Source of the DNA: Kiritimatiellia bacterium
Lineage (GTDB): Bacteria; Verrucomicrobiota; Kiritimatiellia; RFP12; DVOR01
Assembly (NCBI GenBank): GCA_051892815.1
Contig: JBJFGP010000185.1
Location: forward strand, 1-40,685
Direction of reading: 5' to 3'
Length of the DNA stretch: 40,685 bases
The notes under the pieces: generated by a model
The model's database searches: none
What the model was told of the DNA's origin: nothing
What the model saw: the letters and a program-made list of their open reading frames with translations, nothing else
Shown here: in pieces, positions 10,104 to 18,676 of the stretch
How positions within the stretch are numbered: position 1 is the first letter of the stretch
Layout of the letters: every line of letters begins with the position of its first letter
Translations under genes and position numbers: made by a program

Positions 10104-10190
10104 ACCCCAATCCTGCCTATCTTTAGGCTCCATTCCTGCCTACCTCCGAGGGCGAGAGGTTGCAACCTGCCGCCCCAAAAAGTTGCCAAG
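10089..10190. repeat. 23-bp-period array (5 units)
   Basis: CCTGCCAACC 10089, CCTGCCTATC 10112, CCTGCCTACC 10135, GGTTGCAACC 10158, AGTTGCCAAG 10181. Confidence 0.85.
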
Positions 10191-10194
10191 AAAC

Positions 10195-11448
10195 TCACTC
10201 GTCCGAAGTCGAACGGGCAGGCGGCGGGCGGTAGGACCGCGGACGCTGGCGGACGCGGGATCGGGCCTTGATGCGGGCATGGAGTTCAAGCGCCGAACGG
10301 ATACGCGACTCTGCCTCGCGAATGTCGGAATTGGATGGAAAGCGAAGCCGCAAAGCCTCAATCGATTCCAACCCGCGGCGGAGTTCGTCGTCGCGCAAAT
10401 CGGTCGATTCACGGTCAATGTCCGTGAACGCTGCCGCCAGCGAACGCGCCGCCCGGGCCGCTTCAATCTCAGTCGCCGCAAGCGTCCGCTGCGACTGCCG
10501 GTAGGCGAGAAAGAGCGCGGCGAAAAGCCCCAACGCCGTCGCCACAAGCCCACCGGCCGCCGCCAATCCAAGCGGATTCCGTCGCCCCCACAAAGCCACC
10601 CGGCGAGGCCAGGGAAGCGGATGCGCGCAGGTCGGTCGATGCTCCAGAACCCGTTCCAAATCGTCCGCGAATGCCGCCACATCTGCGTAGCGCCGAGCCG
10701 AATCGGAAGCCGTCGCCTTCCCTAGAACATACTCCCGATCGCGAGGGATTCCCGCCCGCTCCGCCAAGGCGCACAACTCCATCAGCGTCACCCCAAGCGC
10801 ATACTGATCGCTCCCCGCGCTCGCCGGCGAACCGGCGTGCAGCTCGGGTGCCATATACCGCCGCGTCCCCGCGCGAACCGCCCCCTCGCCTGCCAAACAC
10901 GCCAGCCCGAAATCACCCAACTTCCACCGACCGTTCGTATCAACCAACAGGTTCTCCGGCTTGATATCCCTGTGCAGCACACCACAGGTATGGGCATAGG
11001 CCAGGGCACGCGCGACATCCACCCCTAGCGACGCCACCTCCCGCCAATCAGAATAGCCCCAATCGCGCGCCGTCCGACCAGGCAAACGCTCCATCGCAAA
11101 GTAGCAAATCCCCTCTGAGACGCCCGCCGAATAGACCTCGACAATCCCAGGATGGTGCAACCGGGCGACCAACCTTCCCTCCTCCGAAAAACGCGTCCGG
11201 CAAGCCGTATCCTGCGCAAGACCAGGGCGCAAAATCTTCAACGACACCAGGCGATCGAGCGATACCTGCCGAGCCTCGTAGACGATACCCATCGCCCCCC
11301 GACCAACTTCCCCCTGCACCTGAAAGTCGCCACCCAAGAGTTCCGGGAAAACAAACGCCCCGCCCGGCATCGCTGGAATGCCGGACAGGGCGTCAAGCTC
11401 ATCTGCCAGAGCCTTCAAGTGCAAGGGAAGGCGCTCGTCCGGAAGCAT
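10195..11448 (-). CDS. Hanks-type Ser/Thr protein kinase with one TM helix
   Basis: GRGAMGIVY, SLKIL, HRDIKPEN, DFG, YMAPE; hydrophobic LGLAAAGGLVATALGLFAALFLAY. Confidence 0.92.
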   Translation of the reverse strand: MLPDERLPLHLKALADELDALSGIPAMPGGAFVFPELLGGDFQVQGEVGRGAMGIVYEARQVSLDRLVSLKILRPGLAQDTACRTRFSEEGRLVARLHHPGIVEVYSAGVSEGICYFAMERLPGRTARDWGYSDWREVASLGVDVARALAYAHTCGVLHRDIKPENLLVDTNGRWKLGDFGLACLAGEGAVRAGTRRYMAPELHAGSPASAGSDQYALGVTLMELCALAERAGIPRDREYVLGKATASDSARRYADVAAFADDLERVLEHRPTCAHPLPWPRRVALWGRRNPLGLAAAGGLVATALGLFAALFLAYRQSQRTLAATEIEAARAARSLAAAFTDIDRESTDLRDDELRRGLESIEALRLRFPSNSDIREAESRIRSALELHARIKARSRVRQRPRSYRPPPARSTSDE

Positions 11449-11999
11449 GAGAGGCTCTCAATCCTGGCGTGCAGACGCTCCAATGCGCGGATATGGCGCT
11501 GGGCCGCTGCCTTCGGGGAAATGCCCAAAATCTCGGCACACACACGGTTGTCGAGATTGTCGAAATGACGGAGCACGAGTACGCAGCGATCCGCCTCGGA
11601 GAGGGATTCCAAAGCCCTCCGGATCAAGCTATGCCGCTCCTCCCGATCAATATGGGAAGGGGGCGAAGTAATATCATCGGGCAACAGCGGAAGAAGGTCA
11701 GCCCCCTCAAGCGAAACTTCCCGCGAAACACTCCGCTTCTGACACGCCAAATGCCGGCGTTCGAGCGTAGCCAAAGTCTGGAAAAGTACGGTCCTGAACT
11801 TGAAGTAGATTGGCACCTCTCCCCGGTTGGCAAAGAAATCCAGCCGCCGCGCAGATGCCTCGTAAACATCCGACAGGATATCCTCCTCCGAGAGCCGCTG
11901 CAACAAAGCCGGCTTGAGATGGCGGCGCAACAATCCCAGCAGTTGATGCCGATGAGACTGGAAGTCGTCTGCCAAGCGTTCGAGGGTGTAGGTGGACAT
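11415..11999 (-). CDS. ECF sigma-70 factor (planctomycete-type, kinase-associated)
   Basis: RLSEEDILSDVY region 2; LESLSEADRCVLVLRHFDNLDNRVCAEILGISPKAAAQRHIRAL region 4. Confidence 0.88.
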   Translation of the reverse strand: MSTYTLERLADDFQSHRHQLLGLLRRHLKPALLQRLSEEDILSDVYEASARRLDFFANRGEVPIYFKFRTVLFQTLATLERRHLACQKRSVSREVSLEGADLLPLLPDDITSPPSHIDREERHSLIRRALESLSEADRCVLVLRHFDNLDNRVCAEILGISPKAAAQRHIRALERLHARIESLSCFRTSAFPCT

Positions 12000-12102
12000 G
12001 GGTAAGAGGATGAAAAAGGATTGAATCAGGGTGAACTTTACCTGTGGATTCGGGGAGTGGATTGCGTTCTATAGTGGATGAGGAAGGAAAGGTTTCGCCA
12101 TT

Positions 12103-13437
12103 ATGATACACACACCCGAAGGTCAAATCAAGCGTTATTTGGCTGGAATGGTTCTTGCCGCGGGATCCGTTTCGCTCCCGCTTCGAGCTGTCGAAGTGCC
12201 TGAGGAACCGGAGAAGCCGGGCATAAACACCCAGACCGCTGCGGCCATAGCAGCCTATGCGACCAATCCTTGCCCTGAAACCGTCGAGTCCATACGAGCG
12301 GCGGTCGCGGCAAACTACGATGCGGTTGTTGAGAGGAAAACCGCCAAGCTGCACGAGTTGGATGGCACGGCGGGGGCTGGTACGCCTGCTCAGAATCCGC
12401 AGATTGTCGAGGAAATGCGGGAAATCATAGAGGATATGATCCTCTTCAAAGACTATCGCGTGGGGCAGAATGTACGCCGCTTCACGGATGCCAGATTCGG
12501 GAAAACGCACGGGAATGGTGCCGCCTATAACGAGCCGGACGAAGATGGTTTCATCCCTCTTCTTGGTGCGGCATCCGACCTGTTTGTGGCCTATACTCCG
12601 GTGACGAATGCGGCTTTTGCGCAGTTTGACCCAAACTATTCATTTGCGCCGGGACATGAGGGCCACCCAGCCGTAAATATTGCCTACACGCAGGCGGTTG
12701 CCTATTGCGAATGGTTGACCGCCCATTCGCCCAACCTGGCGTACCGGTACCGTTTGCCAACCGAAGCCGAATGGGAACTGGCAGCCGGGCACATGCCGAA
12801 AGATGCGTCTATCAATTCGGGCGGCGTCGAGTCCGGGACAACGGATGTCTTCGCCTATTTTGAGGCTTACGAAAGCCGCACGGTCTCGCTTAGCGGCACG
12901 CTGGACATGTGGGGCAATGTGTGGGAGTGGCTTGCGACGGAATCGCCAGCGGGGGAGCAGAAAATCAAGGGCGGAGCATACGATTCTGACCGGTCGGACT
13001 GCCGTACGGAGGAACGCGGAAACTCCCGACCTGCCGACCGCGGCTATGGCAATGTCGGGTTCCGAATTCTACGCGAGAACAACCGCGCGGCGGGATTCAT
13101 CCGCGATGCCCGCTCGGCAAACTGGATGATGGAACATTACGGGCGGGCGCTTTTGCCGACAGAGTATCGACTGCTGGAAAATGACAGTGACGGCGACGGG
13201 TTTCCCGACTGGCAGGAGGGGGTCGCGATGACCAATCCTTTCGACCCCGAGAGTCGTTTGACTGCCTCGATTGGATGGAAGTCCGAGTCTCCGAGCATTA
13301 CTTGGAATCCGGCGCGTATCGAAGGTCGCCGCTACCGTCTTTTGGGCAAAGCGTCGCCAGCGGAGGATATTTGGATTGAGGTCCGGGGGAATGCCTCGCT
13401 CTATACCATTTTCAAGGTTGAGGTCGACCTTGATTGA
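12103..13437 (+). CDS. exported FGE-sulfatase/SUMF1-fold protein with DSDGDG motif and C-terminal sorting-like domain
   Basis: PVTNAAF, HPAVNI, YRLPTEAEWELAA, DMWGNVWEW, KGGAY, NVGFRI; start uncertain. Confidence 0.8.
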   Translation: MIHTPEGQIKRYLAGMVLAAGSVSLPLRAVEVPEEPEKPGINTQTAAAIAAYATNPCPETVESIRAAVAANYDAVVERKTAKLHELDGTAGAGTPAQNPQIVEEMREIIEDMILFKDYRVGQNVRRFTDARFGKTHGNGAAYNEPDEDGFIPLLGAASDLFVAYTPVTNAAFAQFDPNYSFAPGHEGHPAVNIAYTQAVAYCEWLTAHSPNLAYRYRLPTEAEWELAAGHMPKDASINSGGVESGTTDVFAYFEAYESRTVSLSGTLDMWGNVWEWLATESPAGEQKIKGGAYDSDRSDCRTEERGNSRPADRGYGNVGFRILRENNRAAGFIRDARSANWMMEHYGRALLPTEYRLLENDSDGDGFPDWQEGVAMTNPFDPESRLTASIGWKSESPSITWNPARIEGRRYRLLGKASPAEDIWIEVRGNASLYTIFKVEVDLD

Positions 13438-13463
13438 ACCAACCCCAAGAGGAGGATGATACG

Positions 13464-14258
13464 ATGTCGCTGATTCGATTCTTTGCAACCTTTCTGCTGA
13501 TTGCCGCCTGCGCCGCGCCGTTGTCCACGGTCGCCAAGGGGGCCCGCGCGAAGCAATCCGAGCACCAGCACGAACGCACAATCGAGCTGCGGAGACTGGA
13601 GCCGTTTCGTTCCGCGGAGGGTTTTGAGGGACGGCTGAGGTGGTCGGAATATGCCTTCAATGCCCAGTCCAAAGGGGAGCCGTTGCTGCTCGTGGTACTG
13701 GGCGGACGCAACGCACTCCGCCGCGGCGATGCGGCTTCCGAAGTGCCGGCGGCATTGACGCGGGGAGCCGACTTTGCGCGAAACCAAATCAAGAACCGCC
13801 CAGTCTACATCCTTCTCCCGGATGCCTATTCCGAGGGTGGAGACGCGCCTCGGAGGCGGCGTCAAGGTGGAGCATTCGAGGGACTTCCCAAGGTCGTCCG
13901 CGAGCGCGCCGAAGCCCATCGCATCAAGCCCGAGAATATCCGCGCGGCCGGCTTTTCGATGGGTGGCGGTGCTCTCTGGAGTTTGCTGAACGAGAATCCG
14001 TTTCTCTTCCACAAAGCGGTCATTGTCGGCGCATCGGGCGACCCTTCGCGAATGGGTAGCATCCGTGCCCAGACGCGTGCCTACCACGGCGACGAGGACC
14101 AGACCATTCCCCTCGCCCGTGCCCAGACCTTTGCCGCCGCGCTGGAAACCAAGCGTCCCGGTCAGCATCGACTGGAAGTTCTCAAGCGCACTGGCCACGC
14201 CGAGTCGGAGAAGTGCGCCTTCGCGAAACCAGCGCCTTGGCAATGGCTTCTGAATTGA
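13464..14258 (+). CDS. exported serine hydrolase (phospholipase/carboxylesterase or predicted peptidase family)
   Basis: GFSMGG, YHGDEDQTIP, GH; signal peptide; GAGGAGG RBS before ATG 13464. Confidence 0.75.
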   Translation: MSLIRFFATFLLIAACAAPLSTVAKGARAKQSEHQHERTIELRRLEPFRSAEGFEGRLRWSEYAFNAQSKGEPLLLVVLGGRNALRRGDAASEVPAALTRGADFARNQIKNRPVYILLPDAYSEGGDAPRRRRQGGAFEGLPKVVRERAEAHRIKPENIRAAGFSMGGGALWSLLNENPFLFHKAVIVGASGDPSRMGSIRAQTRAYHGDEDQTIPLARAQTFAAALETKRPGQHRLEVLKRTGHAESEKCAFAKPAPWQWLLN

Positions 14259-14334
14259 ACGCACCTTTCGCCCCCGCAGATTGCAACCTCAACAACCCAA
14301 AGGAACACACCCTATGAACCCGAAGATAGCCACG
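14256..14334. repeat. 23-bp-period array (4 degenerate units)
   Basis: TGAACGCACC 14256, GATTGCAACC 14279, GGAACACACC 14302, GATAGCCACG 14325. Confidence 0.55.
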
Positions 14335-15255
14335 ATCGTCCTCGCGACCTTGCTTGGAATCGCTCTCGCCCCAGCCGCCGAAACGCCCCCGCGCCAACCC
14401 AATCCCGAGGCCAAACTCCACCGCTTCTCAACCACCATCGAAAAGGAGCGTCCAAGCCTCGACGAAGAGACCCGCCGCCTCATTTCCGCCTACCGGCGCG
14501 ACCCATCCGAAGCCAACCGCCGGGCCCTGGAAACCAAGGTTGCGCAGAACTACGATGCCGTCCTTGCCCGCAAACGAAGCAAGCTCGCCGACCTTAAAAA
14601 GACCGCCCGCCACCAGTCGAAAGTCAAGGAAATGGAGACTATCATCGCCGAGATGGAGCGCGACCGAACCCAGCGAATCAAACAGTCGATAAGCCGTTTT
14701 ACCGACCCGAGAATGCGCCCCGGCGTGCGGGATGCCAAGGCTGGATACCACCCGCTGATCGGCTCGGAAGACCACACTCTCGAAGTCAGCCACCTCCCTG
14801 TGTCCAACGCCGAATACGCCCGGGTCGAACCCACCTGGCCGCTGCGCGACAACCGCCCCGTGGTCGGTATCGCCTACACCAACGCGGTAGCCTACTGCGC
14901 CTATCTGACCGCCCAAGACCCGCACCACACCTACCGCCTCCCGACCGAGACCGAGTGGGAACTCGCCGCAGGGCACATGCCCAAAGACGCCGACTTCAAC
15001 TCCAAAGGCGAATGCGGCAAACTGATGGATGCCAACGCCTCGTCCAACACGCTTGCCGCCTGCGGCGCGGTCGACATGTGGGGCAACGCCTGGGAGTGGA
15101 CCAGCACGCCGCGAACGGCCCATCGCTATGCCGTCAAGGGAGGCTCCTTCAGCACCCCGCGCACCCAGTGCCACACGGAAAACCGGACCGAATCGCGCCT
15201 CGATTCCGTCCCGCAAAACGATACCACATTCCGCCCCGTACGCTCTCGAAAATAG
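14314..15255 (+). CDS. exported FGE-sulfatase/SUMF1-fold protein, paralog of 12103-13437
   Basis: Signal peptide MNPKIATIVLATLLGIALAPA; YRLPTETEWELAAGHMPKDA, DMWGNAWEW, KGGSF. Confidence 0.8.
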   Translation: MNPKIATIVLATLLGIALAPAAETPPRQPNPEAKLHRFSTTIEKERPSLDEETRRLISAYRRDPSEANRRALETKVAQNYDAVLARKRSKLADLKKTARHQSKVKEMETIIAEMERDRTQRIKQSISRFTDPRMRPGVRDAKAGYHPLIGSEDHTLEVSHLPVSNAEYARVEPTWPLRDNRPVVGIAYTNAVAYCAYLTAQDPHHTYRLPTETEWELAAGHMPKDADFNSKGECGKLMDANASSNTLAACGAVDMWGNAWEWTSTPRTAHRYAVKGGSFSTPRTQCHTENRTESRLDSVPQNDTTFRPVRSRK

Positions 15256-15330
15256 CGCATTGCCGCACGGGAACAACGCCAACGGGCGGGCATCCGTCGC
15301 ACGACGCCCCGCCTTGACAAGGAATCAATT

Positions 15331-15432
15331 TCTGCCAACCTTTGGGAGTGACTGGTAGCCACCATTCGCTCCATCTGCTACGCACGAATCGCACGCAGAG
15401 ATTGGCACCTCTATTCCCGATTCGTGCCAATC
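15331..15432. repeat. 23-bp-period array (5 units, possibly extending to 15285)
   Basis: TCTGCCAACC 15331, GGTAGCCACC 15354, GCTACGCACG 15377, GATTGGCACC 15400, CGTGCCAATC 15423; GGCGGGCATC at 15285 in phase. Confidence 0.8.
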
Positions 15433-15474
15433 TTATGGGCTCGATCTCAAGTTGCCGCGGGAGACGCGGATGGC

Positions 15475-15510
15475 AAAAAAAGGGGCGGCCGCCCGAGAAG
15501 GGCGGTCGCC
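15475..15510 (-). terminator. intrinsic terminator of amtB-glnK
   Basis: GGCGACCGCCC-TTCTC-GGGCGGCCGCC followed by CCTTTTTTT. Confidence 0.85.
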
Positions 15511-15537
15511 GGGAAGTGCACACCACAAACGCGCCAA

Positions 15538-15879
15538 TCAGCCAATGGCCGAGGGGCCACGCTCGCCCGTGCGGATGCGGATACATTCGTCAATCGGAAG
15601 GACGAAGATTTTGCCGTCCCCGATCTTGCCGGTCCTGGCACCCTTGACGATGCATTCGACGCAGGCCTCGACAAAGTCGTCGTTGACCGCGATGGCCATG
15701 CGGGTCTTCTTGTGGAGGTTGACTTCGTTGACGATGCCGCGGTAGTGCTCCACATATCCGGCCTGCTGCCCGCAACCAAGCGAGGGCTGGATGGACATCT
15801 TGTAGATCTCCTTGGCGTAGAGCGCCTGCTTGACGTCAGGCAGGACTTCGGGGCGGATGTAGGCGATAATCAGTTTCAT
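15538..15879 (-). CDS. glnK: P-II nitrogen regulatory protein
   Basis: MKLIIAYIRP, YRG T-loop, ARTGKIGDGKIFV, IRIRTGERG; linked to amtB. Confidence 0.92.
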   Translation of the reverse strand: MKLIIAYIRPEVLPDVKQALYAKEIYKMSIQPSLGCGQQAGYVEHYRGIVNEVNLHKKTRMAIAVNDDFVEACVECIVKGARTGKIGDGKIFVLPIDECIRIRTGERGPSAIG

Positions 15880-15938
15880 CGGTAGCCTTCTTCTTTCCGC
15901 CCGGACGGGCTCGAACCCGCCCGGGACAATGGTTGAAT

Positions 15939-17321
15939 CTATTCGTTGACGAAGAACTGGAAGCCCGCGTAGGCATCGTTCCCGTGCTCGGTGATGTCAA
16001 GCCCCTTGAGTTCCTCCTCGCGGCTGGCCCGGAGCCCGATGGTCTTCTTGATGACAAGGAACATCCCCATACCCAATCCGAAGGCCCAAAGGAACGCGCA
16101 CCCCGCACCGATAGCCTGCGAAATCAACTGATTCAGCCCACCGCCGTAGAACAATCCCGTGTTGGCATCGCCCGCGCCGATGACCTTCTCCGCGTTGAAC
16201 AGACCGCAAGCAAGCGTTCCCCAGAGACCATTGACCCCGTGCACACTGACCGCACCAACCGGGTCGTCGATTTTAAGGATTCGCTCAAGCGCAGTGCAGC
16301 TCAGCACCACCAGCACACCCGCGATTGCCCCAATGGTCAACGCACCCGCCAGGCTCACCGTAGCGCACCCGGCGGTGATGGCGACTAGCCCCGCCAGCGT
16401 GCCATTGAGGCTCATCGAAAGGTCAGGCTTGCCAAACATCGACCAGGAGGTAATCATAGCCGTGATGGTCGCTGCTACCGCTGCCAGGTTCGTGGTCATG
16501 GCAATGCGCCCAATCGAGCCCTCCCCGACAACCGTGGAGCCGGGGTTGAACCCAAACCAGCCAACCCAAAGAATGAACACGCCCAGCGCGCCGATAACCA
16601 AGTTGTGCCCGGGTATCGCACGAGGCTTGCCGTCGGGGGCAAACTTGCCGATGCGGGGACCCAAGCAAATGGCGCCGGCGAGGGCTATCCATCCACCCAC
16701 GGAGTGCACGACGGTCGAGCCCGCGAAGTCGCAGAAAGCGCCCGTGGAGAGGCTAGAAAGCCAGCCCGCCGATGCGTCGCCGTTGAGGCAGCCCCAAGCC
16801 CACTTGCCGAAGATGGGATAGATTAGAAGGCTGACGATTGCCGAGTAGACGAGGTAGGCTTTGAAGCGTGTGCGCTCGGCCACGGCGCCGGAAACGATGG
16901 TGGCGGCGGTGGCGCAGAACATGGTCTGGAAGAACATAAAGGTCCAGGACCAATCGCTGCCCTGAGGCCCGGTCATGCACCAGCCTGTGGTGCCGATGAG
17001 GCCGCATTTGGTCGCACCGAACATCAGGGCATAGCCGATGAAGAAGAATGCGACGGAGCCGATGGCGAAGTCGAACAGGTTCTTCATCATAATGTTGGCG
17101 GCGTTTTTGGCGCGCGTAAAGCCGGTTTCGACCATGTCGAAGCCAGCCTGCATGAAGAAGACCAGCACACCGGCGATGAGGGTCCAGACAATGTTCAGGT
17201 TGTCCTGAACGGTCTGTACGGCCTCTGCGGTGGCCAGTTTAGGGGTTGCCGCGTCGTCGCCGATGGCTGCGCCTGCAACCAAGGCGGCCACTGCCGTCAT
17301 GAAACATTTCGACCAGTTCAT
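15939..17321 (-). CDS. amtB: ammonium transporter
   Basis: FMQAGF, IVSGAVAER, DFAGSTVVH, GWFGFNPGS, DDPVGAVSVHG. Confidence 0.96.
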   Translation of the reverse strand: MNWSKCFMTAVAALVAGAAIGDDAATPKLATAEAVQTVQDNLNIVWTLIAGVLVFFMQAGFDMVETGFTRAKNAANIMMKNLFDFAIGSVAFFFIGYALMFGATKCGLIGTTGWCMTGPQGSDWSWTFMFFQTMFCATAATIVSGAVAERTRFKAYLVYSAIVSLLIYPIFGKWAWGCLNGDASAGWLSSLSTGAFCDFAGSTVVHSVGGWIALAGAICLGPRIGKFAPDGKPRAIPGHNLVIGALGVFILWVGWFGFNPGSTVVGEGSIGRIAMTTNLAAVAATITAMITSWSMFGKPDLSMSLNGTLAGLVAITAGCATVSLAGALTIGAIAGVLVVLSCTALERILKIDDPVGAVSVHGVNGLWGTLACGLFNAEKVIGAGDANTGLFYGGGLNQLISQAIGAGCAFLWAFGLGMGMFLVIKKTIGLRASREEELKGLDITEHGNDAYAGFQFFVNE

Positions 17322-17409
17322 ATTGTGTTTTTACCTCCGGGAGTTGGACTCCAGAACGCCTTTCCGTTATCGGTTGATCCCTTGCGGGGATGTGAACGGC
17401 TCTTTGTAG

Positions 17410-17426
17410 AGCAACATCCGTGCCAA
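17410..17426 (-). promoter_or_regulatory. sigma54 (-24/-12) promoter of amtB-glnK
   Basis: TTGGCACGGATGTTGCT = TGGCAC-N5-TTGCW consensus. Confidence 0.9.
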
Positions 17427-17526
17427 GGGGGATTTCAGGCGTTTTGAGGGGACGGAGGCGACAATCTTGTCTGCCGGGAGGCTTTAGACGAACAAGCGCG
17501 GTAGTGGTCGACAATTTTGTCTTTGT

Positions 17527-17979
17527 CTACTCGGCTTCGCAGCGGATTTCCATCGAGACGGGGCCGTCGTTGACGAGTTCGACTTGCATATCGGCGCCGA
17601 AGCGACCGAAGGCGACGCGGTCGGGGCCGAGTTCTTCGGTCAGGCGCCGTTTCATCAGCTCGTAGAGCGGCTCGGCGAGGGCGGGGGGCGCGGCGAGGGA
17701 GAATCCCGGGCGGTTGCCGTGGGTGAGGTCGGCGTAGAGGGTGAACTGGGAGACCAGCAGGACGGAGCCTCCGACATCGCGGATGGAGCGGTTCATTTTC
17801 CCGGCTTCGTCCTCGAAGATTCGTAGGCACAAGAGTTTGCGAAGGGTGCGTTCGACCTGCTCCGGCTGGTCTCCACCTCCGACACCCATCAGTACCAAGC
17901 AGCCGTGCCCAATCCTGCCTACCTCTTCTCCTCCGATTGTGACGGAGGCGCGGGTGACGCGTTGGAGGAAGAGTTTCAC
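17527..17979 (-). CDS. dtd: D-aminoacyl-tRNA deacylase
   Basis: QRVTRASV, LRIFEDEAGKMN, VSQFTL, GNRPGF, NDGPV; GTG start. Confidence 0.95.
   Translation of the reverse strand: MKLFLQRVTRASVTIGGEEVGRIGHGCLVLMGVGGGDQPEQVERTLRKLLCLRIFEDEAGKMNRSIRDVGGSVLLVSQFTLYADLTHGNRPGFSLAAPPALAEPLYELMKRRLTEELGPDRVAFGRFGADMQVELVNDGPVSMEIRCEAE
17845..17923. repeat. 23-bp-period array inside dtd (4 units)
   Basis: GGTGCGTTCG 17845, GGTCTCCACC 17868, AGTACCAAGC 17891, CCTGCCTACC 17914. Confidence 0.55.
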
Positions 17980-17983
17980 GGCA

Positions 17984-18670
17984 TTAGTCCCGGACTTCGA
18001 GGCGGAAACGCACATCGCCGAAGCGTTCCAGCGCCAGGGCGGTCTCTTCGGCCTGGTCGACGATTTGGGCAAGGTCGGGAGTCACGGGTGTTCCGAATGG
18101 TATGCGCGTGGCCAGGCAGGCGGAAGGTCTCAACCCAGCGACAGGCAGTTGCCAGGCGTCTGCGGCGGCTTGGATCAGATACTTTCCAATCCCCGCTTCC
18201 AACCAAGGGGAACGCACGCCCAACTCTTCGACGGCTTGGAATCCCGGACGGTCTGAAAGGTCGTCGTCGGCTTGCGTTCCTTCCAGCAAAGGGGCCCCAT
18301 CCGCACAAGCCAGAAGCGCCCTCAGCAGATGACGCTTGCAATGGTAGCAACGCCTCGGCGTGTGGTTCAGAAGAAAGTCGGCGTTCGACAAATCGAGCAC
18401 GACTTCTTCGCACGGCAGCCCGAGGCACTCCGCCACGGCATGCACCATGCGTCGCTCGCGAGAGGTTTGGAGAAAGGTCTGCACATGGAGCAGCCGCACC
18501 GTTTTGCCCAGCCGCGCACAGGCCGTCGCCAAAACCGCGCTGTCCATCCCTCCGGAGAAAGCAATGCAGATGTTCGATTCGGGGACAACCGCCCCAAGAC
18601 GAGCAAGAAGTTCCACGACAGAGGCTCCTGAAAAGAGCATGGGCTGCGCAGGAGACTCCATGCAGCCCAT
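17984..18670 (-). CDS. LarE-like PP-loop ATP-utilising protein, short C-terminus
   Basis: AFSGGMDS, RCYHCKR, DRPG, SACLATRIPFG. Confidence 0.8.
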   Translation of the reverse strand: MGCMESPAQPMLFSGASVVELLARLGAVVPESNICIAFSGGMDSAVLATACARLGKTVRLLHVQTFLQTSRERRMVHAVAECLGLPCEEVVLDLSNADFLLNHTPRRCYHCKRHLLRALLACADGAPLLEGTQADDDLSDRPGFQAVEELGVRSPWLEAGIGKYLIQAAADAWQLPVAGLRPSACLATRIPFGTPVTPDLAQIVDQAEETALALERFGDVRFRLEVRD

Positions 18671-18676
18671 CAGGCC

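Noticed and set aside
12033-12074. ECF promoter from GAACTT at 12033
   Set aside because: No suitably spaced ECF -10 element; cannot support a specific call
12103-15255. Diversity-generating retroelement (FGE/CLec-fold targets)
   Set aside because: No reverse transcriptase and no near-identical TR/VR pair differing at adenines seen
5439-15300. tRNA-integrated genomic island
   Set aside because: Accessory genes lie upstream of the tRNA 5' end; no integrase and no duplicated tRNA 3' end found
15371-15473. Alternative hairpins suggesting an sRNA
   Set aside because: Inverted repeats are largely explained by the palindromic array cores
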